Notes: generated from the sequence alone by a model not told the origin. Numbered from the stretch's first letter, positions 14,523 to 26,711 are shown. The stretch: 64,000 nt of DNA from Vicugna vicugna (GCA_013265495.1 MU058065.1:372001-436000); one strand, 5' to 3'. Program-made: numbers and translations.

Positions 14523-16381
14523 CTTGAATTAGATTATAAGGGGGAAGAAATTTGTAAGTTGGGGAAACAAACTGAGTGTGGAAAAAGTTACATTCTCTGA
14601 GGCACATTCTTTTTGCCATGTGCTTCGAGCCATATATCCTCCTCAATTGTGTGGTATACCAAAAACCCACAGTGAGTGCAAACAGTGGAAACAATGTCTC
14701 CTTTTCCTGATTTCATATAAGATACATAGACCGAGGTCACAGTCTCTGGGATGGAGTGGTGCCTTTTCTGATTTCTAGGTGAAAAGGCAGTCAAGGGCTG
14801 GCACTTTGCGCCTGGTGTTGGAGGAGTCTGCGACGGGACGCAGAAGTTGAGTTATTTTACATGTTGCACAATGAAGGAATGTTGTTTGTGCAAGATCTGA
14901 TGAGCAGAAGTGCCTATTAGGTGTACCTTGTTAAACCAGCGCCTGATTTAATCATAATGATTGTCTTTTGTGGTGGGGATTAAATTACAGAGAGTCTGCT
15001 GTGTAAACAGGTAGACAATTGAAGTCTTGCTGAAAAGAAAAGCACCCATCTGGGTGCTCCTGGAAATATCTGATTCCTCTAAGGTAGAGAAGAATTTGAA
15101 AAATCTGACATTACAGCATTCAGGCAGCTGGGAAAGGAGCTGCAGCTTTCGCTCCAAGATACATATATTTTTCAGTCTAATGTTCCCTCCCGTAGGATGA
15201 AAACCAAACCCAAACACAAGCTAACTCATAATCACTTTTCCTATTCTGGAAAACCCTTAAGAACTGCTTTAAAAAGTTATGGTTGTTCGGGGTTTCTTTG
15301 ATTTTTAATCTTAGGTAGAGGCTGCAATTGTAATTACTGTGCCTCCCCTTTCCAAGACCTGAAAAATTTAATGGGTACTTGAGCAGGAAGGTTTCATCTT
15401 TGTTTTAAAACTGTGCTATAATAAAGCTTGGGGGTATTATTATTTACTTATTTCAAATCAAGGTCATTATTTTTAAAACGATCAATTTGGGGAGAATGAG
15501 ATAATACACCCAAGGCCATGTCAAAATCTTTACAAAGGCAATTCCCATGGAATTTATGAGATCTAAACTACAAGGATTATTTTCATTCTTTGAGATTATT
15601 TGGAAAGTAATTGAAAGATTTTTTTTTTTCATCTTAAAGAAAAAAAATACACATAGACACAAATGCACATCCACTACATTTAGAATGTCAGAATGATTTA
15701 CCTAGTCAAATGCAATTTATTAATGAGCTCTTTTTAGCAATTGTCCTTATTTTAATATGTGAAGTTCTGTTAGATTCTGCTGTATCATTTGCTGCTTATG
15801 AGTCGAAGTAATATTTGAAAAGCTCCCTGTTAGATATCATAGAAAAGGAAGGAAGGGGGAAATACATTTGAAATAAATACTAAATATATCCACACTCAAA
15901 TGTAAATGATACCAAGAAAAAAAATTGATGGAAAGTTTTATTTTGAAGTAGTGCTTTCAGCTCTCTATAATTTCATGCTTATAAAGTGCACACATGCTGC
16001 CTAAATTCACTCCAAAAGCCTTTTGTGATTGTTCACCACACACATGCCTGGTTCTGGACCTCAATTTCTACCCAACCCCCAATATAAAGTAAATTTTATA
16101 AGTGTGAAATTGAGTTAAGTGATGTATGTCCCGTAACTATTGTTAAGTATGCAAAAGCATAACTTAATTTTCTTGATTTTCTTATTATGTGTTCTTTTAT
16201 TTTCTAATAAACATTTGTTTTGTTCAAACCACCGAAAGTCAGGAGTTTGAGCAATATATGACTTTCTAAACCCCATTATTGTGCAAAAAATGTTTGTTTT
16301 TTCCCTAAGAAGTATAACTTTTGACCCATTTGAAATGAACTTCTTCTTCTGAAAAACTTTGTGCTTAAAAGTGATAGTTTT

Positions 16382-16502
16382 TAATGAAAAATATATGAAA
16401 ATAAATATATGTATGTATATGCGTGACTGGGACATTGTGCTGTACACCAGAAATTAACACATTGTAATTGGCTGTACTTCAATTAAAAAAATACATTTTA
16501 AG
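16382..16502 (+). mobile_element. Short L1 3' end with perfect TSD
   Basis: L1 terminus gctgtacaccagaaattaacacattgtaattggctgtacttcaattaaaaaaa; 14 bp TSD aaagtgatagtttt (16368-16381/16503-16516) at a TT/AAAA endonuclease site. Confidence 0.93.
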
Positions 16503-16719
16503 AAAGTGATAGTTTTAAGATGTAAATCAATAAAATATCTCAACTTTCACTGTACCTCTAGATTTGAAGGTAGCCTGTATTAAATGACCAAGCTGTGTGA
16601 ATGAAATTTGAGGACCATTCCAGACTGTATGCAAAACAGGTTTCACGTGTCATCCTTAAGATACAACAATATAAGATATTCTGTCTTCTTAGAATGCCCT
16701 TCTCTCTGTCCTTCCAAAG

Positions 16720-16995
16720 CACCTACTTTTCAAGGACAAATCAAATGCCCCTTTGGGAAGCTTTCCTCATGCCTTCTGTCTGATTTCCATCACATGCAGA
16801 AGCAGAGGTTCCCTCCACCCTGTTCCCAACATACCTTTTCACCATCTATTGTAGTAAGCCATTGTATTACAATTTCTTGTAAGTATATATTGTTAGTTGG
16901 TAAATTACTCGTGGGAAGTACTCCTGTACTCAGCTATGTGTTCATAACTGAATCCAATATAAGGGACAGTAAAGATATTTAATAAACACTTGACA
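16720..16995 (+). mobile_element. L2 3' fragment
   Basis: caaggacaaatcaaatgcccctttgggaagctttcc...cagtaaagatatttaataaacacttg resembles the L2 tail. Confidence 0.55.
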
Positions 16996-17045
16996 CATGG
17001 AACAATATATTCAGAAGGAAACTTCAAGTCCTGTCATCTGGTTAC

Positions 17046-17330
17046 CAGTGGCTTTCAAGCTCTCTGTGCAGAAATGCTTGGTAAAAATATATCTATTTTT
17101 ATCACAACTCAAACACACTCACACAAACACAACTGACAGAGCGTTTTATGACACAGCATTTTCCCTCCCTCAATATGTATGATGTACACTGATTTTTTTC
17201 TGTCATACTGTATTGTATTGTGTTGCATTCCATTCTATTCTTTCCTATCTTATTCTAATTTTTAAATTTGGCTTTAATCCACTAAGTTGATTTCCTCAAC
17301 TACTTGGTAAACCACAATTTGAAACACACT
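17046..17330. mobile_element. hAT-Charlie non-autonomous DNA transposon
   Basis: Imperfect terminal inverted repeats cagtggctttcaa ... tttgaaacacact; internal ccactaagttgatttc. Confidence 0.55.
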
Positions 17331-18286
17331 ATTTCATCTTTGTGGCTTTAGGCACATCTATTTTTTGAATTCTGGTTTCAAGGCAATCTGTTCTTAAAGG
17401 TTATCAGGGATCCAGATTATCAGAGCCATCTTCTGAGCACTTGTTCCACTGGAATTAACCAAGGTATAAAGAAACTGTTATTTCAAAATCTTCCTGTTAC
17501 TAAATTTCTTCCAATGCTTTTCTAGTTTATTTCGTTGGAGAGATTAGCAAAAGTTATCTGATTCTGGATTTATATCATCTACTACAGTGTCCCATAAGAG
17601 GTGTTAAGAAGTGAAGTATTAAAAAGGTCATGTGTCCTGATAGCTCACTGGTAACCATGATATATAAGGTACCAGAATTCATGTAACAAGGAATCAGTGA
17701 CCAAAAAAACTGTGAAAGGATTTTCCTGAAATAAGTATCTACATGGAGAACTCAAAGTTAAAATCTTAGAAACTGAGCATAATTCTTGACTTCAAACCCA
17801 CAGAAGAAAAAATATTGAACAAAATCATTTATTTCTATGATCCAGAAAGTCAGTCCCACAAATCAGCTTACAAAAACATTTAACTACACCCCATGGTCAT
17901 CCCGCTGTGTCTCATTTACAAGGGGGCAGTGACTCACTGGGAAATCTTTGTTGGAAAATGTATAGTTAGGAGGCAGCTCTTCCTCTCTGCCAAGTCAGAG
18001 AGAACTAGTCAACCTCTTGCTGATTTTCAGGATCTTATGCATCAGAGATAGGCTACTCAAGTAGACCTGCAGATTAGATGGTATAACTCAGTAGGGATCC
18101 CTGAATAGCTCAAAAAGATCCCTTTTGGAAGCGATGATGTTTTTCATATTTTGTCATACCTGAGATAAATATAAGCACTGCACCTTATTATTTGTTAATG
18201 TGAAGTTGGATGATTGGTAGAAGAAGAATGTGAATTTTTCAAAGAATGTTTTGACTCTCTTGACAGTAAAGTTTTATTCTCTGGAG

Positions 18287-18432
18287 CTGCACTGTCCAAT
18301 ATGGTGGCATTGGCCACATGAGATAATGGAAATTCAATTAAAATGACATAAAAGAAAAAATTCAATAATTGAGTCATCGTGGGCACGTTTAAAGTGCTCA
18401 ATATTCATTATTGCAAGAGGTTCTATTGCCAG
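18287..18432 (-). mobile_element. MER3 (hAT-Charlie), internally deleted
   Basis: ctgcactgtccaatatggtggcattggccacatg...aagtgctcaata...ggttctattg. Confidence 0.75.
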
Positions 18433-18669
18433 TTCTCAAGAGAGAGTGTTTTATTTGATTAACACCTAATTTCTATGGTCACTTGTCTGATTGTTGAAAA
18501 GGAAGGGTGGCAGAAGGGTTGGGGTGTTACAGAAGAGCTTGGTCCACCCTGGGAAAAGATTTACTTTGACCTCTACAGGCCTCTACGTGGTCTTCTACGT
18601 CTGCTGTGAGTGGGTCATTGATATGGGTCCATTCTAGCTCCTAATTTGAGCTTCTCCAATCAATTTTTC

Positions 18670-19155
18670 TCACTGCTTTCAGAGTGACCATTCTAAAACA
18701 CCAGTCAGCATGTCTTTTTTTCTTTTTTTTAATGCCCATTATCTGCAGAGTAACCTTCATTCTTCTTGCTTTTGATTCAACCTGGCATAAATCGGTAGCT
18801 CTGTTTGTTCCTCTGTGTAGTTTATGCTCTGGTGACACTCTCAGCCACCTACCAGGCGTCTTTGGTCCTCTCCTCACACTGTTCCTTGGAGCTCCATGAA
18901 AGTGTCCACACTTCCTGGTTCAGTTTATAAGCCAGAAACTTTGTGAACACTTCTGTGCTCCATTTAGACCCAAACTTACCCCACATTTTTAAGTGCTCAC
19001 AGCATTTTACTTGCACGTCTATTACTGCATTTCTTTCTCCCATTAAAGTTTTACATGTCTAACTCTCCCACTGGATTATAAGCTTTTCGAAGAAAAAGAA
19101 ACCCTGCCTCTCTGAATCTGCTACAGCTTTCTACACATAACTGCTTAACAAGGTG
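18670..19155 (+). mobile_element. L2 3' fragment
   Basis: cagagtgaccattctaaaacac...ctctcccactggattataagcttt. Confidence 0.6.
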
Positions 19156-21680
19156 TGTATATGGAGTTTAATTTGGAGTGAGGAATGAAAAATCAGGCTA
19201 AATGGAGTCGCTGCTGGGGGTTGGGTTGGATTGTCAAGGATGCAGACAGGAGAGGGGACTGAGGTTACGGAGAGAAACCTAACTTTGGCCGTGCTAAAAA
19301 GCGTAACAGAATTGTGAGGCGGGACTGCAGGCTGCCAGTATTTCGTAGGTCACAAAACACCACAAGGCATCCTTCCTGATGGAGATCAACCACAGCATGA
19401 CTCACTCTCTCCCTGCTCACGAGGCACTGAATCCATGGCTCTGCTCTCTGCCGTGTCCTCAGGCTGGGCACTTCTTAGTGTCAATGTCACCATCTTACTC
19501 CATCTCTCCTCCTCACTGCATGCTCTGCTCCGTCCATCCTAGGTCCTCATCTTCTGCATTCCATAAGGAGGTTCTCAGGAAACCGTGGCTGAATAAACCC
19601 AACTGTGAGCTAAGAAATGAGTGAAAGATCGCCACAGGTAGAATGTAAAACACGTAAGATTGTCAAGTACAAATAGGAATGCGGAACATCTTGCCAGAGT
19701 TATTTGATTTATTTTCAAACAGCGTGGGGTCTTTGGGTCACCTCCCCCATTTAACCCAGCCATATCTCAGCATGCCTGGAATTCTGAACGCTGTTTGATC
19801 AATCGTCACTTTTTTTTTCTCCCTCACAAAAGGGCCTGTTTTTACTAGAGATAAAACTCTTTTTCCTCATCTTCAAAAGGATGCTCAAAGTGTTTTAAAA
19901 AATTCCCGCCTTGGACTTTTCTCCCAATCTCTGCTTCTTGGGGTCAATGTGAAGTGAGTTTGGAGACTCCGAGCCAGGAGGGTGAGGAACATGGAACTCT
20001 TTTTCATGGGTAGACATGTGTGGTCAAGGAAGCTTAAAAATAAAGCTGATTTCCAAAGGTGAAAAAAAAAGAAACCACATTCATTAAGCTTTCAATAAGC
20101 TGCTTTTTTTCTTAAGAAATCAGTTGATTTACTTACCTAAAAAAGAAAAAAAGAAAGAACGCTGTCAGCAGAGGAAAATGCAAGGCACTCTTCCAAAAGG
20201 ATCCTTTGAGCAGAAGGAACATGTAAATTCCAAGAAAAGTTAGTTAGAAAGAACAGTTTATTCTCACTGGTTCCTTCTCATCACATCAGTATTTATTCCC
20301 CCCAAATGCCCTTTATTTATTCATTTTAAACCATCATAGGTGTCTACATGTTGGTCAGGACATAAAGACCTTTTCTTACCACAAAGACCCTTTTGGGGAC
20401 ACCAAGGGGAGACCTCAGCTATCCTTTTAAATTCTCAGGACTATAAAACCTGATGTCTGCTGAGCCAAACAGGAGGGCTCCTGCGAGAAGGCAGAAGCCT
20501 CAGTAGTTAGGATGTAGGCCTCTGACCAAGAAAATCACGGGGCTGTTCCAGCGTGAACTGGTTTGCCGTCAGTCCATAAGATGGACGCGAGGAGTGCCAG
20601 TTTCAGACTGTGGAACTCCTATTTACTGAAACTGTAACACACAGTCATTGTAAGCTACAATTATCCACAGTTTAGTCTGTTTATGAAACCGTTTTGTGGT
20701 TATTTATTAAAAATAAAATTTATGTGGGCTTCTTGAAGCTATATTTTTGGCAGGCGAAGGAGGTTGGCAGAAATGTTTGAGTCAACAGCCAGGCTCCAGC
20801 CACTCTTTATGTCGTCATATAAAAACTTGTCAAATAATATTTAGTTTTTAATCTTCAGTTGCAAACATAGGGTTAGTCATGAAAATATTCTGTGAGTAGG
20901 TCTCCTTGAAACAAGAACCCGGGTGTTTGGATTTCAGTAAAGGTGATAATTAAGTTTCTGGCCTGTTTAGGGGCAATCTGTTATTTCTTTCTTCCACCAA
21001 CTTCTGTGACCTGTTTTTTTGTCCTGTTTCCACAGGGCTTTAAAAAGCTGTTTTATAATGATTTTTTTAAATATAAACTATCTGTTTCCCTATTAGTTCT
21101 AGAATCCCAAACCAAAGGTATCGATCATGATTAAGAAGAAATTATCCTGCCAGCATAGTCGTGGTTGTCCTCTATTGGCAATCTCGTGAATGAAACAAGA
21201 TTGCTTATTTCTCTGGAATTTTTTAGTTATTAAAACCACTATGCTTACTTTTCTAGTGCCGTCTAAGAAGGAGGCTCTTTTAAAAGGGGCCGCAGTTGCT
21301 GGCTTCAGGAATCGTGTAGTTCATCTTCACCAGCTCTGTGCACTTACAAACAAGCTAAAATGACAGGAGTTTGTTGATAAGAATCCTGAATGAAAAGGAA
21401 AATGTCATTGAGTAAAGAACCTTTGAATCAGAGAGAAGGAATGTACTATGAATGGGCAGAATGAAGTCTTTCTTTGCTTTGGATCCTCTTGCCCAAAGAT
21501 TCAGTGGGAGAAGAGGAAGGACTTAGTATGAAATTATTCAAGAAGAAGTCTTTCCAGAAAAAGAGTTTCTGAGATGTGATAAACAGGACTTGAAAGGAGA
21601 CTGCCCACTGTCCTTCCTACCACTTCCTTAAACACCTTGGGTCTGAGTCATCGCTGCCATCCCGCTCAGTCTGCCTTGAA

Positions 21681-22225
21681 AGAATGTCTGATCCCAACTT
21701 TGTAAGACAGCTATACATTTCATACATCAACTGTCCCCTGGCTCTTCATCCCCTTCCTCCACTAGGATTTGGCTTTGGTTCTAGTAGAAGAGCTGTTTTT
21801 TTTTAAATTTTTTTTTAGTTCTTATTTTTTATTGACGTGTAGTCGATTTACAATATTAGTTTCAGGTGTACACCAAAGTGATTCAGTTATACTTACATAT
21901 ACATAGATACATATATTTTTCAGATTCTTTTCCATTATAGCTCATTACAAGACGTTGCATATAGTTCCCTGTGCTGTACAGTAGGTCCTTGTTGTTTATT
22001 TATTTGAAGAGCTGTTATGAGGGTGCCCTTCTTAATAGTGATTTGGTCCTGCAATTTAACATTTGTTGCCAAATCACAATTCAGTTCCATACATGTTTTA
22101 TTTATTGGGCATTTTCTGTGAGTGAAGTTCTGTGCCAGCTGCTATAGAGAATGTCAAGTGTGCTAAGACAGAGCCATTCTTAGAAAAAGCTTAAAAAGTG
22201 ATAAAATATATTATCTATGAGTGAT
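21681..22225 (+). repeat. Copy 1 (probable donor) of a ~330 bp local duplication, interrupted by L1
   Basis: Aligns collinearly with 22911-23237; about 17 mismatches in the first 117 bp by hand count. Confidence 0.95.
21798..22005 (-). mobile_element. 5'-truncated L1 3' end inserted in duplication copy 1
   Basis: T-tract plus attgacgtgtagtcgatttacaatattagtttcaggtgtaca; TSD gaagagctgtt (21787-21797/22006-22016). Confidence 0.93.
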
Positions 22226-22367
22226 GTTTACCCCATAGTCTATGGGAGTTTGGGTACTGTTAGCAGGATGAAAACTGATTTTGGATCCACCAAGTGTAAA
22301 AATCCTCAGGCCTAGAGGAGTTTGGTGTCTTTGAAGACAGAGACTCAGTAAGACTAAAGCAGGAGAG

Positions 22368-22493
22368 GGGAAGGGTAGAGCTCAGTGGTAGAGCACGTGC
22401 TTAGCATACATGAGGTCCTGGGTTCAATCCCCAGTACCTCCATTAAAAAAAAAAAAAAAACAACCTAATTACCTCCCCCCACCAAAAAGAAAA
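22368..22493 (+). mobile_element. Camelid tRNA-derived SINE (Vic-1-like)
   Basis: Head gggaagggtagagctcagtggtagagcac (A box), gggttcaatcccc (B box), A tract, aacctaattacctcccc tail; perfect 18 bp TSD aagactaaagcaggagag (22350-22367/22494-22511). Confidence 0.93.
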
Positions 22494-22559
22494 AAGACTA
22501 AAGCAGGAGAGCGGCAAGAGAGGATTCTGTGTGGATCAGTGGATCAGTGCTGTTGCAGG

Positions 22560-23322
22560 GTCTCAAGTAGGGAAGCAAAAGACTAGAACAGACTGTTCCC
22601 TGAGGATGCAGTCTAGAGAGTTAAGCAGGAAGGATGTTTATAAAAGAATGATCTTGGGTTTAACATCTGTAGAAGATTGGGAAGGAAGAAGGATTGGGCA
22701 GAAAGAAAAGTGATTTGGAGTTTGGACCCAATGACAGCCTTGGCTGACCCCACAGGGAGGACTGGTTCTCCAGAATGGCTGAGGAATGCTGAGATAGCTG
22801 GGCATTAATCCTTCCACACTGAGCCCTTGGATATGGATATGGGCCTCTCCAGGATGGGATGTGACCTGGGGTCAGGCAGTTCTTTGTAGCCAAGGTAACC
22901 CGGAAGGTTTAGAAAGTCTGATCCCAGCTTTATAAGACAGCTGTACATTTTATATATCAAATGTCTCCTGTTTCTCCATCCTCTTTTTCCACTTGGATTT
23001 GGTTTTGGTTCTAGTAGAAGTGCTGTTTTGAAGGTGCCTTCATTGATAGTGATTTGGTTCTGCAATTTAACATTTGTTGCCAAGTCGCAATTCAGTTCCA
23101 TATACGTTTTATTTATTGGACATTTTCTGTGAGCAAAGCTCTGTGCCAGCTGCTATAGAGAATGTCAAGTTTTCTAAGACATCCATTCCTGGAAAAAAAA
23201 GTTTAAAAAGTGATAAAATGCATTATTTATGAGTGATCTGTATTCCAGATCACTCAACCTAACCTTTGGACAAGTCCTTCATGGAAGCAGAATTTCAGTG
23301 ATGCATCTCAGTGTCCACCACA
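22560..23322 (-). mobile_element. LTR16-family (ERVL) solo LTR split by an inserted duplication
   Basis: ggattgggcagaaagaaaagt...gtgacctggggtcaggcagttc up to ~22910; resumes ~23250 with acaagtccttcatggaag...catctcagtgtccaccaca (LTR 5' TG end). Confidence 0.75.
22911..23237 (+). repeat. Copy 2 (inserted copy) of the ~330 bp local duplication
   Basis: Matches 21681-21797 plus 22017-22225; has the uninterrupted site gaagtgctgttttgaaggtg where copy 1 has the L1. Confidence 0.95.
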
Positions 23323-23704
23323 GTAACTTTATCTGCATTAAAACAAGCTGGCAGTTTTGGGAGAATGGATTCAACATGGAAAAGAGTGGGACTGGGAAAC
23401 CAGCTCAGTGCTCTTTGAATTGTCCAATGGGAGATGAGATGATGATAGCTTGAACAATAGGGGAACTGTGGAGTTGCAAGGAAGAGAATGGAATCAGAAG
23501 ATATATTTGACATCGATCCTATAGGGCTAGAGGCTGGATTAGATGAGGGAGCAAGGGAGAGAAAGACACCAAGGATGAATGTCAGAGTTTTGGCACAAGG
23601 AAGTGGGAGGCTAGAGATACCATGTACAGAGGAGGGAGTATTCAAAGAGGAGAATTGTGGGATTAAAGAGCTTTCTTCTGCACAAGTTGAAATTTTAAAC
23701 ATTT

Positions 23705-23985
23705 ACTTTTTTTTTATTCTTTTATATATTCTTTTTATTATAGGTACTACAAGAGATTGAATATAGTTCCCTGTGTTATACAGTAGGACCTTGTTTATTT
23801 TAATATATAGTAGTTAATATCTGCAAATCCCAAACTCCCAATTTATCCCTAACCTCTTCCCCTCTTGTAACCATAAATTTGTTTTCTACACCTGTGAGTC
23901 TGTTTCTGTTTTGTAAATAAGCTCATTTGTGTCATTTTTTTAGATTTCACATATAAGTGACATCATATGGTATTTGTCTTTCTCT
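23705..23985 (-). mobile_element. L1 3' end
   Basis: tattataggtactacaagagattgaatatagttccctgtg...gatttcacatataagtgacatcatatggtatttgtctttc. Confidence 0.9.
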
Positions 23986-24344
23986 TGGTGATTTGACAAA
24001 AGTGCAGACATCAAGCAGAAATTTGGATGCGTGATTCTGGAGCTTAGAAAAGAGGCTGCAATGTTGCTTTATATTGTTGCTATTCTTGGTATAGAGCCAG
24101 TTGCGAGTGCTAATTTCTAGCAAGGGAATTTGGTGAAATAGGAAGGAGGCTGAGCAGAGAAGCCTAGGAAATGGCCCCCTCTGGATGTGGAGGAATAAAC
24201 AAACAAGGCTGAGGTACCATGAGAGAGGGAAGAAGAAAGCCAGGACAAGAAGATGTTGTGGAAGTTTGGGAAGGAGACCATTATTAGCATTCCTTTTAAC
24301 ACTGATAAGGAAGAACATCTATTTTAATGTTCACTAGCCATTTA

Positions 24345-25060
24345 CTAACACTTTGTTGAGACATATTCAACACATCTTAATTCATCCATTTCAAGTGTAC
24401 CCCAGTGATTTCATTTATATTCTCTGTTTAGTAATTTACCAAGATGTACAGCTATTACCATAAATCAGTTTTAGAACATTTTATCACCCAGATAAGATCC
24501 CTCATGTAGGCTCATTTGTTTTTGTTTTTCTTTTGTCTATTGCTTTTATTTTTTTAAATATTGATTTTTTTAGGAACTTTAAAAATAGTATTTAAATTTT
24601 TTGGACATAGACTTGAAAATGTTTTCTGTAGGTTGTCGTTAATCCTTCAATCTGGTTTGTGGAGATATTTTAATATGTGGGAACTTTATAATTTTATGGA
24701 ATTAAATATAGTGATTCTTTTAATGGATGTTTACTTTGTTTTTGATTTTTGAGATTATTAGAAAGTCTTTTTATCAAAGATTGTATTTTCCTAGCATTTT
24801 TAAGATTTTATTTATTACTGTTGGATTTCTAATTTCCTTGGAATTTGTTTTATTTTAAAGAAGGATGTAGTGATCCTGTTTTGCCTGGTTTTCCAAACTA
24901 CTGGTAGGTTGTTCCAAAATCAGTTATTCACAAATCCATCTTTTCTCTATTGATTTGGTTAAATTACCATATTCTCTTCATTGTTAACTCTATTCTGGCC
25001 TTAGTGTCATGCTGTTTCATTTACTATTTCTTAGCAGTACATTTTAGTGTCTAATAGCAT
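24345..25060 (-). mobile_element. Older L1 (L1MB/MC/ME-like) fragments
   Basis: ctttgttgagacatattcaacac...ttttagaacattttatcacccca, then T-rich antisense L1-like sequence. Confidence 0.6.
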
Positions 25061-25934
25061 GAGACTATAATAGCACTTAGCTAAGTCTTCATATGACAGA
25101 GTTAATTCATTCATGCACTATCCTTTTTCTAGTGCCCCCCTCCCCTTTGCCTTTTCCCTCCCTTTGACATCAATCCAGCCCTCATCCTAAGTAGATCCTG
25201 CTCACCCTCAGGCTTCAAGTCTATTTCATCAAACTTTCAAAGTAAATCTGGTTCTTTAGCCAGACTAGTAATTTGGAAGTTTGTTCTGTTTGCATGAACA
25301 TCCAAATTGCCTTGGCTGCCCAGTAACCTGAGGGCAGCTCACCGTCATCTGCAAGCAGCCCATTTTGTGGGTAAAGTAAACAGACAGTATCTGGTGATAC
25401 CTGAAAAGAACGGTTGACTATTACAACTTCATTGGTCCATGTTTAGTTGAATTCTTTGTAAGTTACAGGCTTTTGCATCAGTTTCATGTTGTTTCACTGT
25501 CTTTCTGGTAGTCTTCAAATAAATCTAGAGTTAAGGATTACTTTTCCAATGACTATTGAATGACATTGACTGTCTTTATTCCATCCATCAGCTCAAAGTA
25601 TTGCCCTGATGGTGCAGAGAAGTTTCTGCATGCTCTTTTTTTAAAAATTCTTTTTTCTTTCATCCAAGACGTCTACTGTCTACCAATATGAAGTCCCTGA
25701 AATTTTGATAACTATGGCCTGTGAAATTAACAGAGCTCAGAAAGGGATAGGCAGTGGTTTTGCAGCCAGCTTCTATGCCTCATTGTTCATGCTGTGTATG
25801 ATTTTTGCATATGCCTTTTCTTTATATAGATAAAGAGAAGTTGTCAATTAGAGCCAAAGTTGTACAGGTAGTTTGTACACCTTGGTTAAAATGTAGGGTA
25901 GAAGCACTTTTATCCAGAGCAAAAGTCTAAGAGT

Positions 25935-26135
25935 GATCATGGTGGGGTAGTCGAAGGAGCAGAGTTGGAGCCTAAAGGCATACATTTAACTCCTGGCTCC
26001 ATGGCTTAGAGATCTTGTGCAGAGGCACTGCATTTTCTCCAGACCCCTGACTCCTCTTCTGTGAAAGGAAATGATAATATACACTTACTTCATAGGATTG
26101 ACATGAGTATAAAATAACACATGTGGATATGTGTT
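25935..26135 (+). mobile_element. MIR SINE
   Basis: ctcctggctccatggcttag...ctcctcttctgtgaaaggaaatgataatatacacttacttcataggattg. Confidence 0.7.
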
Positions 26136-26234
26136 GCAGGATAAGAAGCTAGAAATTTTGAGTATTGAGGTTAAACTTCTAAACTTTCCCTGGCTTGGAA
26201 GTGTTCATGTTAATTGAAGGCAAAGTAAATAATG

Positions 26235-26400
26235 TGGTTCCTCTCATTTAAGATGCCATAGATTGTAAAATACATCATTATTTTACATACCACTAGGGAA
26301 AAATGCTCCCAATTTCAAAAATCAAGTATAAGACATAACCTGATTTCTGAGATGATAGAATCTGAAACACCTCTATGTCTTAGAATGGATGAAACATAGT
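26235..26400 (-). mobile_element. MER104-like TcMar-Tc2 DNA transposon
   Basis: taagatgccatagattgtaaaatacatcattattttacataccacta...gtcttagaatggatgaaacatagta. Confidence 0.7.
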
Positions 26401-26711
26401 AAGTAGAGAAAATATTAAAGATTTGGACCCATTGGAAAGAAGATTAATCTGAATTGGTGATAACTCATAACTGTAGAATCTTTTAAGAAGGAATGTTGTT
26501 TGTAACTTTTGAATTATAATAATGGAAATAGATTAATAGGTTGCTAGAGTAATTGCCTTAATGAATAGATCATTGATTTATAATTGGCTTGTTTTACAGG
26601 AGTCAGAATATGATTACTGTTTAGGCTTATTATAAAAATGGGCCACCTGGCCCAGCTGGGCCCTGAGCTGGTCCTCTGATTGATATACATCACAACTGTA
26701 CAATGAGTGTA

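Larger units (their letters stand above)
22095..24300 (-). mobile_element. Fragmented L2, interrupted by SINE, LTR16, duplication copy 2 and L1
   Basis: Antisense L2 tail tttatttattgggcattttctgtg; purine-rich L2 body 23330-23700 resuming at ~23995 (gacatcaagcagaaatttggatgcgtgattctggagcttag). Confidence 0.65.

Noticed and set aside
14761..14900. Acceptor-like ccttttctgatttctag|gtgaaaagg as a coding exon
   Set aside because: All frames stop quickly or give unrecognisable peptides, and there is no convincing nearby donor
19715..19798. Perfect 11 bp inverted repeat tcaaacagcgt/acgctgtttga
   Set aside because: About one such match is expected by chance in 64 kb at this spacing, and the interior does not pair into a pre-miRNA-like stem
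22368..22441. tRNA-like sequence with A and B boxes
   Set aside because: Followed by a SINE tail and flanked by a TSD, so it is a SINE head rather than a tRNA gene
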